Source: an uncultured Chloroflexia bacterium (GTDB lineage: Bacteria; Chloroflexota; Limnocylindria; Limnocylindrales; CSP1-4). Taken from it: DNA of 64,000 bases. A program made the position numbers and the translations under genes. Of this stretch, positions 39,562 to 49,649 are shown piece after piece. The first letter of the stretch is position 1, and every line of letters starts with the position of its first letter. Under the pieces are notes generated by a model. That model was not told where the DNA came from, ran no database searches, and saw nothing but the letters and a program-made list of their open reading frames with translations. The stretch is taken from contig CAVRGP010000011.1 in the NCBI GenBank assembly GCA_963720755.1, positions 352,001 through 416,000 on the forward strand, written 5' to 3'.

Positions 39562-40641
39562 GTGTCAGTGTCGCGTCCTCGTCCGGTCGTCATCGCGCTC
39601 ACGGTCCTGGTGGTGGCCGTCATGGTCGGAGGCTGCGCCCAGGGCTCCTCCTCCAGCCCAGGTCCGAGTGCCAGCCCCAGCGTCGCGCCGACGGCGAGTG
39701 GCTCCGCTTCGCCCGAGGCCACCGTCGCGCCCACGAAGCTGGTCGTCGGGCTGGGCTATATCCCGAACGTCCAGTTCGCCCAGTTCTACCTCGCCCAGCA
39801 AGAGGGGCTCTATGCCCAGGCTGGGCTCGACGTCGAGTTCCAGAACCAGATCGACCCCGACCTCATCGCGCTGGTCGGCCAGGGAGCCATCGATGTCGGC
39901 ATCGGCGATGGGACGAGCGTGATCCCGGCCGTCAGCAACGCGATCCCGATCCAGTACATCGCGACGATCTACGGCAAGTTCCCGAACGTCGTCTTCGCCA
40001 AGGCCTCGTCCGGGATCACGACCGCCGCCGATCTGCAGGGCAAGAAGATCGGCGTACCGGGACGCTATGGGTCGGGCTGGATCATGCTCGAGGCGCTGCT
40101 CGCCTCGGCCGGTCTGACGACGGACGACGTGCAGATCGTCGAGTATCCCGACTTCACCCAGGAGATCGCCGTCGAGCAGGGTGCCGTCGACGCCGCGACC
40201 GGGTTCTCCAATAACGAACCGGTCCAGCTCGAACTCCACGGCCAGACGCCCGTGGTCCTGACGATCGACTCGATCACCCCGCTGCCGGGACCGGGCCTGA
40301 TCGCCGGGACGGCCACGCTCGATGCCAAGCAGGACGCGATCGCCGCCTTCGTCGCGGCCACCCTCGAGGCGATGGCCCAGATCCAGGCCGACCCACAGGT
40401 CGGCCTGGAGGCGGCGATCAAGGCGGTGCCGGAACTGGCCAAGGCGACCGGGCAGGCCGAAGTCCTGGCGGCGACGATCAATTCGTGGGTCGGCCCGGTC
40501 CAGGTCGCGAACGGGCTCGGTGCCATCGACCTCGACGGATGGAGCGCATCGATCGACTACCTCGGGACGCTGGGCCTGGTGAACACACCTGTGACCACCG
40601 ACGCTCTCGTGCGACAGGACCTGCTGCCGCCGGGAGGATAG
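39562..40641 (+). CDS. NMT1/THI5-like ABC substrate-binding lipoprotein (RibY-like)
   Basis: Lipobox VGGC, GYIPNVQFAQFY, DLQGKKIG.PG..G, GFSNNEP. Confidence 0.82.
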   Translation: MSVSRPRPVVIALTVLVVAVMVGGCAQGSSSSPGPSASPSVAPTASGSASPEATVAPTKLVVGLGYIPNVQFAQFYLAQQEGLYAQAGLDVEFQNQIDPDLIALVGQGAIDVGIGDGTSVIPAVSNAIPIQYIATIYGKFPNVVFAKASSGITTAADLQGKKIGVPGRYGSGWIMLEALLASAGLTTDDVQIVEYPDFTQEIAVEQGAVDAATGFSNNEPVQLELHGQTPVVLTIDSITPLPGPGLIAGTATLDAKQDAIAAFVAATLEAMAQIQADPQVGLEAAIKAVPELAKATGQAEVLAATINSWVGPVQVANGLGAIDLDGWSASIDYLGTLGLVNTPVTTDALVRQDLLPPGG

Positions 40642-40745
40642 GGTCGAGCCGGCCGGGAGGGCCGAAATCGGGTAGACTACAGGTCCCCCTCGTCCGCCGG
40701 GCGGCGTTCGCGCCACCCTATGGCGATGCCATCGCAGGAGATCGT

Positions 40746-40931
40746 GTGAACAGTCGCCCACCTGTCAAGCCCACCACGGTCGAGCCGTTCAAGCACGTCA
40801 TCGATGAGTACAAGCACCAGGCGCAGACCATCACCTGCACGTGTGGATGGCATGGAAGCTCTGCGGCGCAGGATCGCGGCGGTTCGGAATGGACCGCCCA
40901 CCTGTTCGAGGTTCGCGGCAAGAAACGCTGA
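40746..40931 (+). CDS. Small 61-aa protein with CxCGW...W..H putative zinc finger
   Basis: GCAGGAG RBS 5 nt upstream of GTG; fills an intergenic gap; basic C-terminus. Confidence 0.6.
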   Translation: MNSRPPVKPTTVEPFKHVIDEYKHQAQTITCTCGWHGSSAAQDRGGSEWTAHLFEVRGKKR

Positions 40932-41021
40932 CCTGACCGGCTTCTCGCGCACCACGACCCGGGTCCTTCGATCCGGGTCGGACCACGTCCGGGGCCGATG
41001 AAGCCCTGCTAGCCTGTCGCG

Positions 41022-42344
41022 ATGGACCTGCCGAGTGCGCCGTTCGCCATCCGGGCGCGCCTGCTCACGTCACTCGACGCGGGAGGGACACGGTCCGAGC
41101 GTGACGGTCTCGTGGTCGTGGACGCCGACGGCCGGCTGCGCTTCTCGGGTCCCGCATCGGAGCGGCCGGCGGAGGCGGATGCGGCGATCGATCTGCGACC
41201 CTGGGTCGTCATGCCCGGGATGGTCGACCTCCACGCCCACCTGCCACAACTGCCCAATGCGGGGATCGGGTTCGCGCTCGACCTCCTCACCTGGCTCGAT
41301 CGGATCACGTTCCCGACTGAGCGATCCTGGTCGGACCCGACCGTGGCCGAGCGCCAGGCACCGGGGATCTTCGAGTCATTCGCGGCCGCCGGGACGACGA
41401 CGGTCCTCGCCTTCGGGGTGGTCTATGAGGCCGCCATGGACGCCTCGTTCCGGGCGGCCGATGCGCACGGCATCCGGGCGATCCTCGGCAAGGTGATGAT
41501 GGACCGGGGCACCTATGACGAGGTCATCGATCCGACCACGATCCTCGACCGGTCGCTTCGTGAATCGGCCGGGCTGATCGAGCGCTGGCATGGTGCGGAT
41601 AGCGGCCGCCTCGGCTACGCCGTGACGCCTCGGTTCGCCCCGTCCTGTTCGGCCGACATGCTCCGCGGGTCGGCTGAGCTGGCAGCGACGACCGGAGCCT
41701 GGTGGCAGTCGCACGTGTCCGAGGATCCGCTTGAGATCGCGGAAGTCCGCCGGCAATTCCCCGACGCGCGCGACTACGTCGACGTCTATGACAGGGCGGG
41801 CGCGCTCGGGCCGAGGGCGATCCTCGCGCACGCGATCCACCTGTCCGCCGACGAACTCGCCCGGCTGGTCGACTCGGGGACGCACGTCGCTCACTGCCCG
41901 GCCTCGAACCTGTTCATCGGGGCAGGCGTCATGCCCCTGGCTCGGTACCTCGACGCGGGCTTGTCGGTCGGTCTGGGCTCGGACGTTTCGGGTGGCCCGG
42001 AGGCGTCCATCTTCTCGGTCATGCGGGTCGGGGCATATGCCCAGATGGCGCGACGTTCGGTGGCCGGCGATCCGGGTGCGATCCTCGATCCGCTCGATTG
42101 GTTGCAGATCGGGACGCTGGCGGGGGCCAGGGCGCTGGGCCTCGACGCAGTGATCGGCTCGCTCGAAGCGGGCAAGGATGCCGACCTCATCGCGTTGGAT
42201 CCGAGCTACACCGCCGCCCTCCCCGGGACGGACGACGACGACCCGCGCGACCTCATGAGCCGGTTCATCTTCCGCGCGCACCCTGACATGGTCCGGGCGG
42301 CCTGGGTCCGTGGGCGGCGGCTGGACGGTCCCGGGCGCCGCTGA
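41022..42344 (+). CDS. guaD: Guanine deaminase
   Basis: PGMVDLHAHLPQ, LL.WL...TFP.E, TPRFAPSCS, SHVSE, AHCPASN, GSDVSGG. Confidence 0.9.
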   Translation: MDLPSAPFAIRARLLTSLDAGGTRSERDGLVVVDADGRLRFSGPASERPAEADAAIDLRPWVVMPGMVDLHAHLPQLPNAGIGFALDLLTWLDRITFPTERSWSDPTVAERQAPGIFESFAAAGTTTVLAFGVVYEAAMDASFRAADAHGIRAILGKVMMDRGTYDEVIDPTTILDRSLRESAGLIERWHGADSGRLGYAVTPRFAPSCSADMLRGSAELAATTGAWWQSHVSEDPLEIAEVRRQFPDARDYVDVYDRAGALGPRAILAHAIHLSADELARLVDSGTHVAHCPASNLFIGAGVMPLARYLDAGLSVGLGSDVSGGPEASIFSVMRVGAYAQMARRSVAGDPGAILDPLDWLQIGTLAGARALGLDAVIGSLEAGKDADLIALDPSYTAALPGTDDDDPRDLMSRFIFRAHPDMVRAAWVRGRRLDGPGRR

Positions 42345-42362
42345 AGCTCGGTCGGGCTTCGG

Positions 42363-44084
42363 TCAGGCCCCACAGATCCGGATCGCGCCAACGCCCTCGG
42401 GCAGATCGAGCCGGACCGTCCAGACCGACGCATCGCCGATGTCGGGGACGCTGAGATCAACCGGGTGGTTCGCCGCGACGTCGAAGTCGATCGCCTTCGA
42501 CGGCGGTTGGGTGAGGCCCAGCTGTGCGCTCAGGCGGACATCGGTCGAGGAGTCGATCCGGACACGTGTCCCGGTCGGGACGAGGATGGTGACCCGGGCA
42601 TCTGGACCGGCCCGCATCGGGATCAGACACGCCCCGTCGGCCACGATCGTCACGTCCGCCTGGTTGACCACCGGCAGGTGGGTCGGTGTCTGGCCCCCGA
42701 CGGCGGGGAGGGCGCTGAACCCTCCGCCCACCATCCATAGCAGGGCGGCCTCTCGACCCTTGGCGCCAGGGTCGCGGGCCACGGCCGGGACCAGGGAATC
42801 GTGCAGGGGGGATCCGAACCGCTCGACCGTCGCGATCAGGACCGGCAGGGGTGGGATCCGGAGTGGCCTCGATCCCGGGTCGATCCAATCCTCGCCGCCG
42901 CGCGTGAGGGCCAGCTCGATATACGCTCTGGTCAGGTTCGCGTGTGCCTGGAATTGGGAACGGATCGGACCGAATGCCGCGAGGTTGACCACGGTGACGA
43001 CGAGGACGGCGACCGACACCACCGCCACGAGCGTCACCGAGCCGACTCGACGTCCCTTCGCCCAGTCGCGCAGCAACGGCAGCCAGTCCGCGGCGGATAA
43101 CATCAAGAAGAATGCCGCGACGTAGACGTACCGGCTGCGAGTCGCGAAGTCTGCGGGCAGATCGGCTCGGACCGTTCCGATGATGGTGTACATGACCGCG
43201 ATCGCGAACAGGGAGCCGGCGGCCAGGGCCGGCGGCCGATGGCTCCGGAGGACGGCCCATACCGTCGCCACAGCGAAGATCGCGAACAGGATCACGGACA
43301 GGCTGTCGCCGAGCGGCAGGCGGCCCAGACCCGTGAAGGCGCCGATCGCGTGGCCGATCCCACGGACGATGAAGGCCGCGACCTCCACCAGGCCCGCGAG
43401 GTGTCCATGTCGGTCGACCGAACCCTGGCCGACGGTCACGTACCAGACGGCGTAGACGACCGCTGGCGGGATGATCGCGAGCGCCCGTCGCCGGGCAGCC
43501 GGGTCGAGGAGCGTCCGGCCCGCACCGGCGACGAGAAAGAACAAACCCATTCCCGATGACATGAGCGCAGCGATCAGCAGGAGTGCGGCACCGATGACCG
43601 GCCCGCGTCCGCGACGGTCCAGCATCACCAGTGCCCATGACCCGAACGCGACGGACCCGACGAAGCCGGTCTGGAATGCCCAGAACAGGTTCTCCGAGCC
43701 GCTCCCCAGGAACAACAGCGGGACACAGGCGACGGTGGCCACCACCGTCCCGGCACGGTGCCGGATGAGGAAGAACGCCGCCGCCACCGCGATCAGGTGA
43801 AGGGCGATCACTTCCGCGAGATAGGGCAGATAGGAGTGCAGTCCGACGACGCCGAAGGTGGCCCGATACAGCAGGAGTGGGAACGTCGACCAATGCTCGT
43901 TGACCGGGCGGATGAGGTCGATCAGCCCGCCGCTGAAGGTGATCGAGCCCCATTCGTCCTGCCAGAACGTCATCGACCGGCCGAGGAACATGAGGACCGC
44001 GGCGGCGACGCTCCCGAGCAGCACGATCGGGATGTACGGTGCCACTCGACGCGAGCGCGGGACCGGCCGGGCGTCGAGCATCAT
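42363..44084 (-). CDS. Multi-pass membrane protein, possibly GT-C-type glycosyltransferase
   Basis: About 11-12 hydrophobic segments, DE motif (FWQDEW) after first TM, SRY motif, soluble C-terminal domain. Confidence 0.6.
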   Translation of the reverse strand: MMLDARPVPRSRRVAPYIPIVLLGSVAAAVLMFLGRSMTFWQDEWGSITFSGGLIDLIRPVNEHWSTFPLLLYRATFGVVGLHSYLPYLAEVIALHLIAVAAAFFLIRHRAGTVVATVACVPLLFLGSGSENLFWAFQTGFVGSVAFGSWALVMLDRRGRGPVIGAALLLIAALMSSGMGLFFLVAGAGRTLLDPAARRRALAIIPPAVVYAVWYVTVGQGSVDRHGHLAGLVEVAAFIVRGIGHAIGAFTGLGRLPLGDSLSVILFAIFAVATVWAVLRSHRPPALAAGSLFAIAVMYTIIGTVRADLPADFATRSRYVYVAAFFLMLSAADWLPLLRDWAKGRRVGSVTLVAVVSVAVLVVTVVNLAAFGPIRSQFQAHANLTRAYIELALTRGGEDWIDPGSRPLRIPPLPVLIATVERFGSPLHDSLVPAVARDPGAKGREAALLWMVGGGFSALPAVGGQTPTHLPVVNQADVTIVADGACLIPMRAGPDARVTILVPTGTRVRIDSSTDVRLSAQLGLTQPPSKAIDFDVAANHPVDLSVPDIGDASVWTVRLDLPEGVGAIRICGA

Positions 44085-44148
44085 GCGGGAGCCTACACCT
44101 GGATCGTTCGCGCCGCGGTGGAGCCACCGGGTCGGGTATCGTCGGTCC

Positions 44149-45750
44149 GTGACCGAACACGCCGACGTCCTGATCCGTGGCGGCAGCATCGTCGACGGGA
44201 CCGGCGCTCCGCCGCTCGCTGCAACGGTCGCGGTCCGAGACGGCAGGATCAGCGTCCTCGGTCCGAACGAACCGGAACCGACCCACATCGCCCGGACCAT
44301 CGACGCATCCGGCCGGGTGGTCGCCCCCGGGTTCATCGACCTCCACAGTCACGGCGGCCTGATGATCCTGGCCGACCCTCGCCACGAGCCCAAGGTCCGC
44401 CAGGGCGTCACGACCGAACTCGTCGGCGTGGACGGGAACGGGTTCGCACCGTTCGCCCGGCGTGCTGATCTCGAGGCCTTCGTCACGCTCGACTCGGGTC
44501 TCGACGGACGACCGGACCTCGACTACGACTGGACCACGGTCGGCGGTTACCTGTCGCGCTTCGACGGCACGGTCAGCGTCAACATGGCGACCCTTGTCGG
44601 CAATTCCCAGCTGCGCATCGCGGCGATCGGCTGGGACGACACGCCAGCCGACGCCTCGGCGATCGACCGGATGACCGCGTTGCTCCGCGAATCGATGGCC
44701 GAGGGCGCATTCGGGCTGAGCTCAGGGCTCGACTATCCGCCCGGAGCGTTCGCCACGACCGAGGAACTCGCCGCGCTCACCCGCGAAGCCGGTCGACGTG
44801 GTGGCTTCTACCACTCCCATGTGCGCTACGCGCTGGGCGACCGCTACCTCGATCCGTTCCGGGAGGCGATCGAGATCGGCCGCCGGGCCGAAGCTCCCGC
44901 CCACATCACCCACTTCTATCACCGGGCCACCCAGCCGGGCGGTCCCGGGCCGATGCTCGACCTGGTCGACGAAGCACGGAGCGCAGGGATCGACGTGACC
45001 TTCGACACCTACCCGTCCGAGTGGGCATCGACCCGATTGCTCATCCAACTTCCGCTCTGGATCCAGGCGGGCGGACCCGGTCCACTGAAGGCGCGGCTAG
45101 CCGACCGCGCGGCCCGCGACCGCCTTCGTGCCGACTTCTCGGCGCGGGGCGCGTCGTATGCCAGTTCGGCCGGCTGGGCGGACGTCCGCCTCGGCGCCTT
45201 TCGCCGACCGGCGAACCTGCGCTGGGAGAGCAGGACCGTGGCCGAGGTCATGGCGGAGATGGGTCGGGATGCCGTCGATGTCATCTGCGATCTCCTCCTC
45301 GACGAGGATCTCGGGGTCAGCCAGGTGACGACCGGGCCGGACGCCTCGACGATGCCCCGGTTCGTCGCGCATCCAGCCGGGATGGTCGGGACGGACAGCA
45401 CCTTCCTCGGTGCCAAGCCAAGCCCGCGGACCTACGGCAGCTTCCCGCGGATCCTCGGCCAGTTCGTCCGCGACGAGGCACTCATGAGCCTGGAGGAGGC
45501 GGTCCGCAAGATGACCTCGGCACCGGCCGCACGTCTCGGCCTCCACGACCGCGGAGTGATCCGGGATGGGGCGGTCGCGGACCTGGTCGTGTTCGATCCG
45601 GCGACGGTCCGCGCGACTGCCACGTACGACAGGCCGCGGGCCTACCCGGTCGGGATCGAGCAGGTCATCGTCGGGGGGACACTCGTGGTCGCCGATGGCG
45701 TGCACACCGGCGCGACGCCAGGACGGTCGCTCCGGCTCGGCCGCGACTGA
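44149..45750 (+). CDS. N-acyl-D-amino-acid deacylase family amidohydrolase
   Basis: DGTG, PGFIDLHSH, QGVTTE..G.DG, SSGLDYPPG, HVR, PRTYGSFPR, EEAVRKMTS. Confidence 0.9.
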   Translation: MTEHADVLIRGGSIVDGTGAPPLAATVAVRDGRISVLGPNEPEPTHIARTIDASGRVVAPGFIDLHSHGGLMILADPRHEPKVRQGVTTELVGVDGNGFAPFARRADLEAFVTLDSGLDGRPDLDYDWTTVGGYLSRFDGTVSVNMATLVGNSQLRIAAIGWDDTPADASAIDRMTALLRESMAEGAFGLSSGLDYPPGAFATTEELAALTREAGRRGGFYHSHVRYALGDRYLDPFREAIEIGRRAEAPAHITHFYHRATQPGGPGPMLDLVDEARSAGIDVTFDTYPSEWASTRLLIQLPLWIQAGGPGPLKARLADRAARDRLRADFSARGASYASSAGWADVRLGAFRRPANLRWESRTVAEVMAEMGRDAVDVICDLLLDEDLGVSQVTTGPDASTMPRFVAHPAGMVGTDSTFLGAKPSPRTYGSFPRILGQFVRDEALMSLEEAVRKMTSAPAARLGLHDRGVIRDGAVADLVVFDPATVRATATYDRPRAYPVGIEQVIVGGTLVVADGVHTGATPGRSLRLGRD

Positions 45751-45759
45751 ACGACCGGC

Positions 45760-46496
45760 TCAGGCTGGGGAGGGCGATCTCTCGGCGTCGTGGTGGGTCG
45801 GCCCGCTGGCACCGAGTCCGACGTCGGTCGACCGCCGCGCGCCACGACGAAGCTCCGTGAACATCCGTTCCTGGGCGACCGCCGCGGCGTCGACCAGGGT
45901 CGTGTCCGCGGCCGGACTGGCCCAGCCGATGGCGAGTTCGAGCGCGATCGCGCCGGACTCGAGCCAGAGTTCGCAGGCGTGACGGACGCGTTCGACGTAG
46001 TTGACCGCATCGACCTCACCCGTCTCGGGAGCAGGAGGCCGAACCGCTCCGGTCCCGATGCGCGCGACAAAATCGGCGCTCGCGTGCATTGCGCCGAATC
46101 GTATCGGCGAGCGCGGGAAGGACCCGGTCACCGGCTTCGCGGCCAAGCGAGTTGACGAGACGATCGAACCCACCCAATTCCACGATGACGACGGTGGCGG
46201 GGTGGCCGTAGCGATGGTTGCGGGCATCCTCGTTCAGGATGATCCGGTTCCATTCGGTGGCGAGGAGCAGACCCGGTCAGACGGATCGGTCCGGCTCGTC
46301 GGCGCCGGGGTCTCGAGCCGGTGGCATCCGGCTGACATAGCCGAGCGACTCCTGGGTCGGCTGGATGACCTCTTCGGCCTTGTCCGACCTGACGGTCCCT
46401 GCGGCGGAGCAGCACGGACCGGACGAGGGCGATCAGGATCAGGATGAGGTTCGCGGCCACGAGGATGACGAGCAGGATGGCGATGTTCTGGTTCAT
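45760..46496 (-). pseudogene. Multiply frameshifted membrane-anchored degenerate GGDEF-domain gene
   Basis: Across frames reads TM helix, DPLTGL, EW.RI..E.AR..RYGHP.TVVIVELGGF, G.EAGDRVL, DFVARIGPERFGLLLPET. Confidence 0.75.
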
Positions 46497-46821
46497 ATCG
46501 ACCGTGATAGGGACGGATGATCGGGGCCCGGATGAACGATGAAGGGCTCCCTGGACCGCGGATGATACCGGCTGGCGGGGTTGCGTGGCCCTGTTTCCGG
46601 TGCTGCCACGGACCATTTCACGGTGCCGTGACGCACCGGACCGTGTGGTCCGGACCCGTCTGGTGGAGTGCGCTGTGGAATCGTCACCCGAAGCTCCATG
46701 GACGCAGTCTTGCCTCGAGCGACGCGGAGCGGCCATGACCCGATGGTCACGGGTGGCCCGTTCCGCGCCGATCACGCCGTGAACTCCCGGTGATAGAGTC
46801 AGGTGCCATGGAGGAAGGCCC

Positions 46822-49158
46822 TTGCCTGACTTGACGAGCCGGACGGAGTCACCCGGCGCCCTCGTCATCCAGCCGGGCGTGGTGGTGGCCGGGCGGGCCC
46901 GTGGCGCGCCACCACTGCGTCGCGACGGGCCGGCGAAACTGACCGGCGCGGCCAAGTACGCGGACGACCTGGTCTTCCCCGGTGCCTGGTTCGGAACGAC
47001 GATCCGATCGACCGACGCGCACGCCAAGCTGGTCGAGTTCGTGCCGGACCCGACCTTCGACTGGTCCCGGGTCGTGGTCGTCACCGCGGCCGACATCCCG
47101 GGTGACAACGTGGTGAGCTCGATCAAGGCGGACCAGCCGATCCTGGTCCCGGTCGGGGGCGAGATCCAACATCACGCCGAACCGCTCGCGCTGATCGCGG
47201 CACCGGACCGGGCGACGCTGCGGGCGGCCCGTCGCGCGTTTCGGGTCACGACCGAGGCACTGCCGGCCCACTTCGACCCACTCGAGTCGGACCACATCTT
47301 CGCCGCGTACGACCTGACGACGGGTGACGTCGACGGGGGCCTGGCAGCGGCGGACCGGATCATCGAAGGCGAGTACCGGGTCGGCCATCAGGAGCAGCTG
47401 TACATCGAGAACAACGCGATGATCGCCGTCCCGACCGACGACCACGGCGTCGTGGTCCACGGCTCGCTCCAGTGCCCCTACTACGTCCACGCCGCGCTGA
47501 AGCGGGGCCTGGCGATGGACGACGCCCAGGCCCGCGTGATCCAGGCGGAGACCGGTGGAGGGTTCGGCGGCAAGGAGGAGTATCCGTCGATGATCGCCCT
47601 GCACGCGGCTCTCCTGGCGGGCAAGGCAAGGCGCCCAGTGCGGATGATCTACGACCGGCACGAGGATCTGGCGGCCACGACCAAGCGCCACCCGGCCATC
47701 GTCCGACACCGGACGGGCGTCACCCTGGACGGCCGGCTGGTGGCCCAGGACATCGAGGTCGTGATGGATGGCGGGGCGTACTGCACGCTGACGCCCGTCG
47801 TCCTGTCGCGCGGCGCGATCCACGCCGGCGGCCCGTATCGCTGCCCGAACGTGCGCATCCGTGCGCGGGCGGCTCGCACCAACACCCCGCCGAACGGTGC
47901 CTTCCGCGGGTTCGGGGCGCCGCAGACCGAGTTCGCGGCCGAGACGCATCTGAATCGGATCGCCGAGGTGCTCGATCTCAGTCCGCTCGAGATCCGCCGA
48001 CGCAATGTCTACCGGCTCGGCGATACGACGCCGACCGGCCAGCTCCTCGGCTCGAGTGTCGCCGGCGAGGAAGTCCTCGAGCGCGCCGCCGAGGCCGCCG
48101 AGTTCGAGCGCCTGCGGGTCCGGCATCGGCGCGAACGGACCGATCGCGAAGACACCGGGACCACCCCGGCGTCACGATATCGGACCGGGCGGGCCCGGCT
48201 CGCGAGCGGTGTCGGCCTGGCCCTCGGCTGGCATGGTGCCGGGTTCACCGGCTCGGGCGAGGTCCACCTGGCCTCGGTCGCATCACTCGGATTGACCACC
48301 GAGGGGATCACGATCCTGGTCGCCTCGACCGAGATGGGTCAGGGCACGAAGACCATCTTTCCGCAGCTCGTCGCAGAGGCGCTCGGTGTCCCGTTCGACG
48401 CCGTCGAGATCGCTCCTCAGGACACCGCCCACGTGCCTGATTCGGGTCCGACGGTCGCCTCACGAACGACGATGGTCGTCGGCGGCCTCCTGATCAAGGC
48501 GGCGCAGCGGTTGCGGGCCGATGTGGAAGGTTCGACCGGCGGTCCGTTCGCCGAAACGTACCGTGACTTCGCGCGGGCACACGGCCCGCTCCGGGTCGAC
48601 CAGCGGTTCGAGCCGTATCCGGGCGTGGGCTTCGACGATGCGACCTACCGGGGCGATGCCTATCCGGCGTACGGGTGGGCGGCCTGCGTCGCGAGCGTCG
48701 AAGTCGACCTGGATACTGGCGAGGTCCACGTGCTCGATGTCGTCGCTGCCGACGATATCGGTCGGGTCGTCCATCCGGTCCTCGCCGAGGGCCAGGTCGA
48801 GGGTGGGACGCTCCAGGCTGTGGGCTACGCGACCATCGAGGAGATCAAGCTCCGCGACGGGCGCTACCTCAATGACCGCCTCGCGACGTACATCATCCCG
48901 ACCGCGCTCGACGCCCCGCGGATCACGACGATCCTGGTCGAGGCCCCGTTCGACGGTGTCCCGCACGGAGCGAAGGGGGTCGGCGAGTTGCCGATGGATG
49001 TCGGGGCTCCGGCCGTGGTCGCGGCGATCGCGGATGCGACCGGCGTCTGGATCCCGGACCTGCCGGCGAGCCCCGAGCGGATCCTGGCTGCGATCGCCGG
49101 CATACCGGCTGCGGCCCCGCTGCCGCCCGGTGCGTCCGAACCGGCTGCCCGGCCATGA
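46822..49158 (+). CDS. Xanthine dehydrogenase molybdopterin-binding subunit
   Basis: GGGFGGKE, AFRGFG, EMGQG, TVASR, GQVEGG, KGVGE; GGAGG RBS before TTG. Confidence 0.92.
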   Translation: MPDLTSRTESPGALVIQPGVVVAGRARGAPPLRRDGPAKLTGAAKYADDLVFPGAWFGTTIRSTDAHAKLVEFVPDPTFDWSRVVVVTAADIPGDNVVSSIKADQPILVPVGGEIQHHAEPLALIAAPDRATLRAARRAFRVTTEALPAHFDPLESDHIFAAYDLTTGDVDGGLAAADRIIEGEYRVGHQEQLYIENNAMIAVPTDDHGVVVHGSLQCPYYVHAALKRGLAMDDAQARVIQAETGGGFGGKEEYPSMIALHAALLAGKARRPVRMIYDRHEDLAATTKRHPAIVRHRTGVTLDGRLVAQDIEVVMDGGAYCTLTPVVLSRGAIHAGGPYRCPNVRIRARAARTNTPPNGAFRGFGAPQTEFAAETHLNRIAEVLDLSPLEIRRRNVYRLGDTTPTGQLLGSSVAGEEVLERAAEAAEFERLRVRHRRERTDREDTGTTPASRYRTGRARLASGVGLALGWHGAGFTGSGEVHLASVASLGLTTEGITILVASTEMGQGTKTIFPQLVAEALGVPFDAVEIAPQDTAHVPDSGPTVASRTTMVVGGLLIKAAQRLRADVEGSTGGPFAETYRDFARAHGPLRVDQRFEPYPGVGFDDATYRGDAYPAYGWAACVASVEVDLDTGEVHVLDVVAADDIGRVVHPVLAEGQVEGGTLQAVGYATIEEIKLRDGRYLNDRLATYIIPTALDAPRITTILVEAPFDGVPHGAKGVGELPMDVGAPAVVAAIADATGVWIPDLPASPERILAAIAGIPAAAPLPPGASEPAARP

Positions 49159-49646
49159 CCGCGTACCGCTTCGTCGTCAACGATTCCGCCGTCGAGGTCG
49201 AGGCCCCGGGGATGCGCCGCCTGCTCGACGTGTTGCGCGAGGACCTGGCCCTGACCGGGACGAAGGAGGGCTGCGGTGAGGGAGAGTGCGGCGCCTGTAC
49301 CGTCCTCCTCGACGGCCTGCCAGTCGACGCCTGTCTCGTGCCGGTCTGCCAGGTCGACGGCTCGTCCGTCGTGACGGTCGAACACCTGGCGGCCCCGCCC
49401 GCGGTTCCGGGAGCCCCGCCCGCGCTCGACGGCCTTCAATCGGCCTTCCTCGAGACGGGTGGTGCCCAATGCGGGATCTGCACGCCGGGCATGCTCATGG
49501 CCGCCCGGGCCTACCTCGAAGCGGGCGGCGGTCCGGACCACGATGCCATCCGCGAGGCGATCGCCGGGAATCTTTGTCGCTGCACCGGGTACACCAAGAT
49601 CGTCGAGGCGATCGCCCTCGCATCCGCGCTGGACCGGAAGGTCTGA
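49155..49646 (+). CDS. Xanthine dehydrogenase 2Fe-2S subunit
   Basis: GCGEGECGAC, QCGICTPG, GNLCRCTGY. Confidence 0.95.
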   Translation: MTAYRFVVNDSAVEVEAPGMRRLLDVLREDLALTGTKEGCGEGECGACTVLLDGLPVDACLVPVCQVDGSSVVTVEHLAAPPAVPGAPPALDGLQSAFLETGGAQCGICTPGMLMAARAYLEAGGGPDHDAIREAIAGNLCRCTGYTKIVEAIALASALDRKV

Positions 49647-49649
49647 GCC

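Noticed and set aside
46500-46820. Purine/xanthine riboswitch upstream of the xdh operon
   Set aside because: Only short GC hairpins are visible; no recognisable purine riboswitch core
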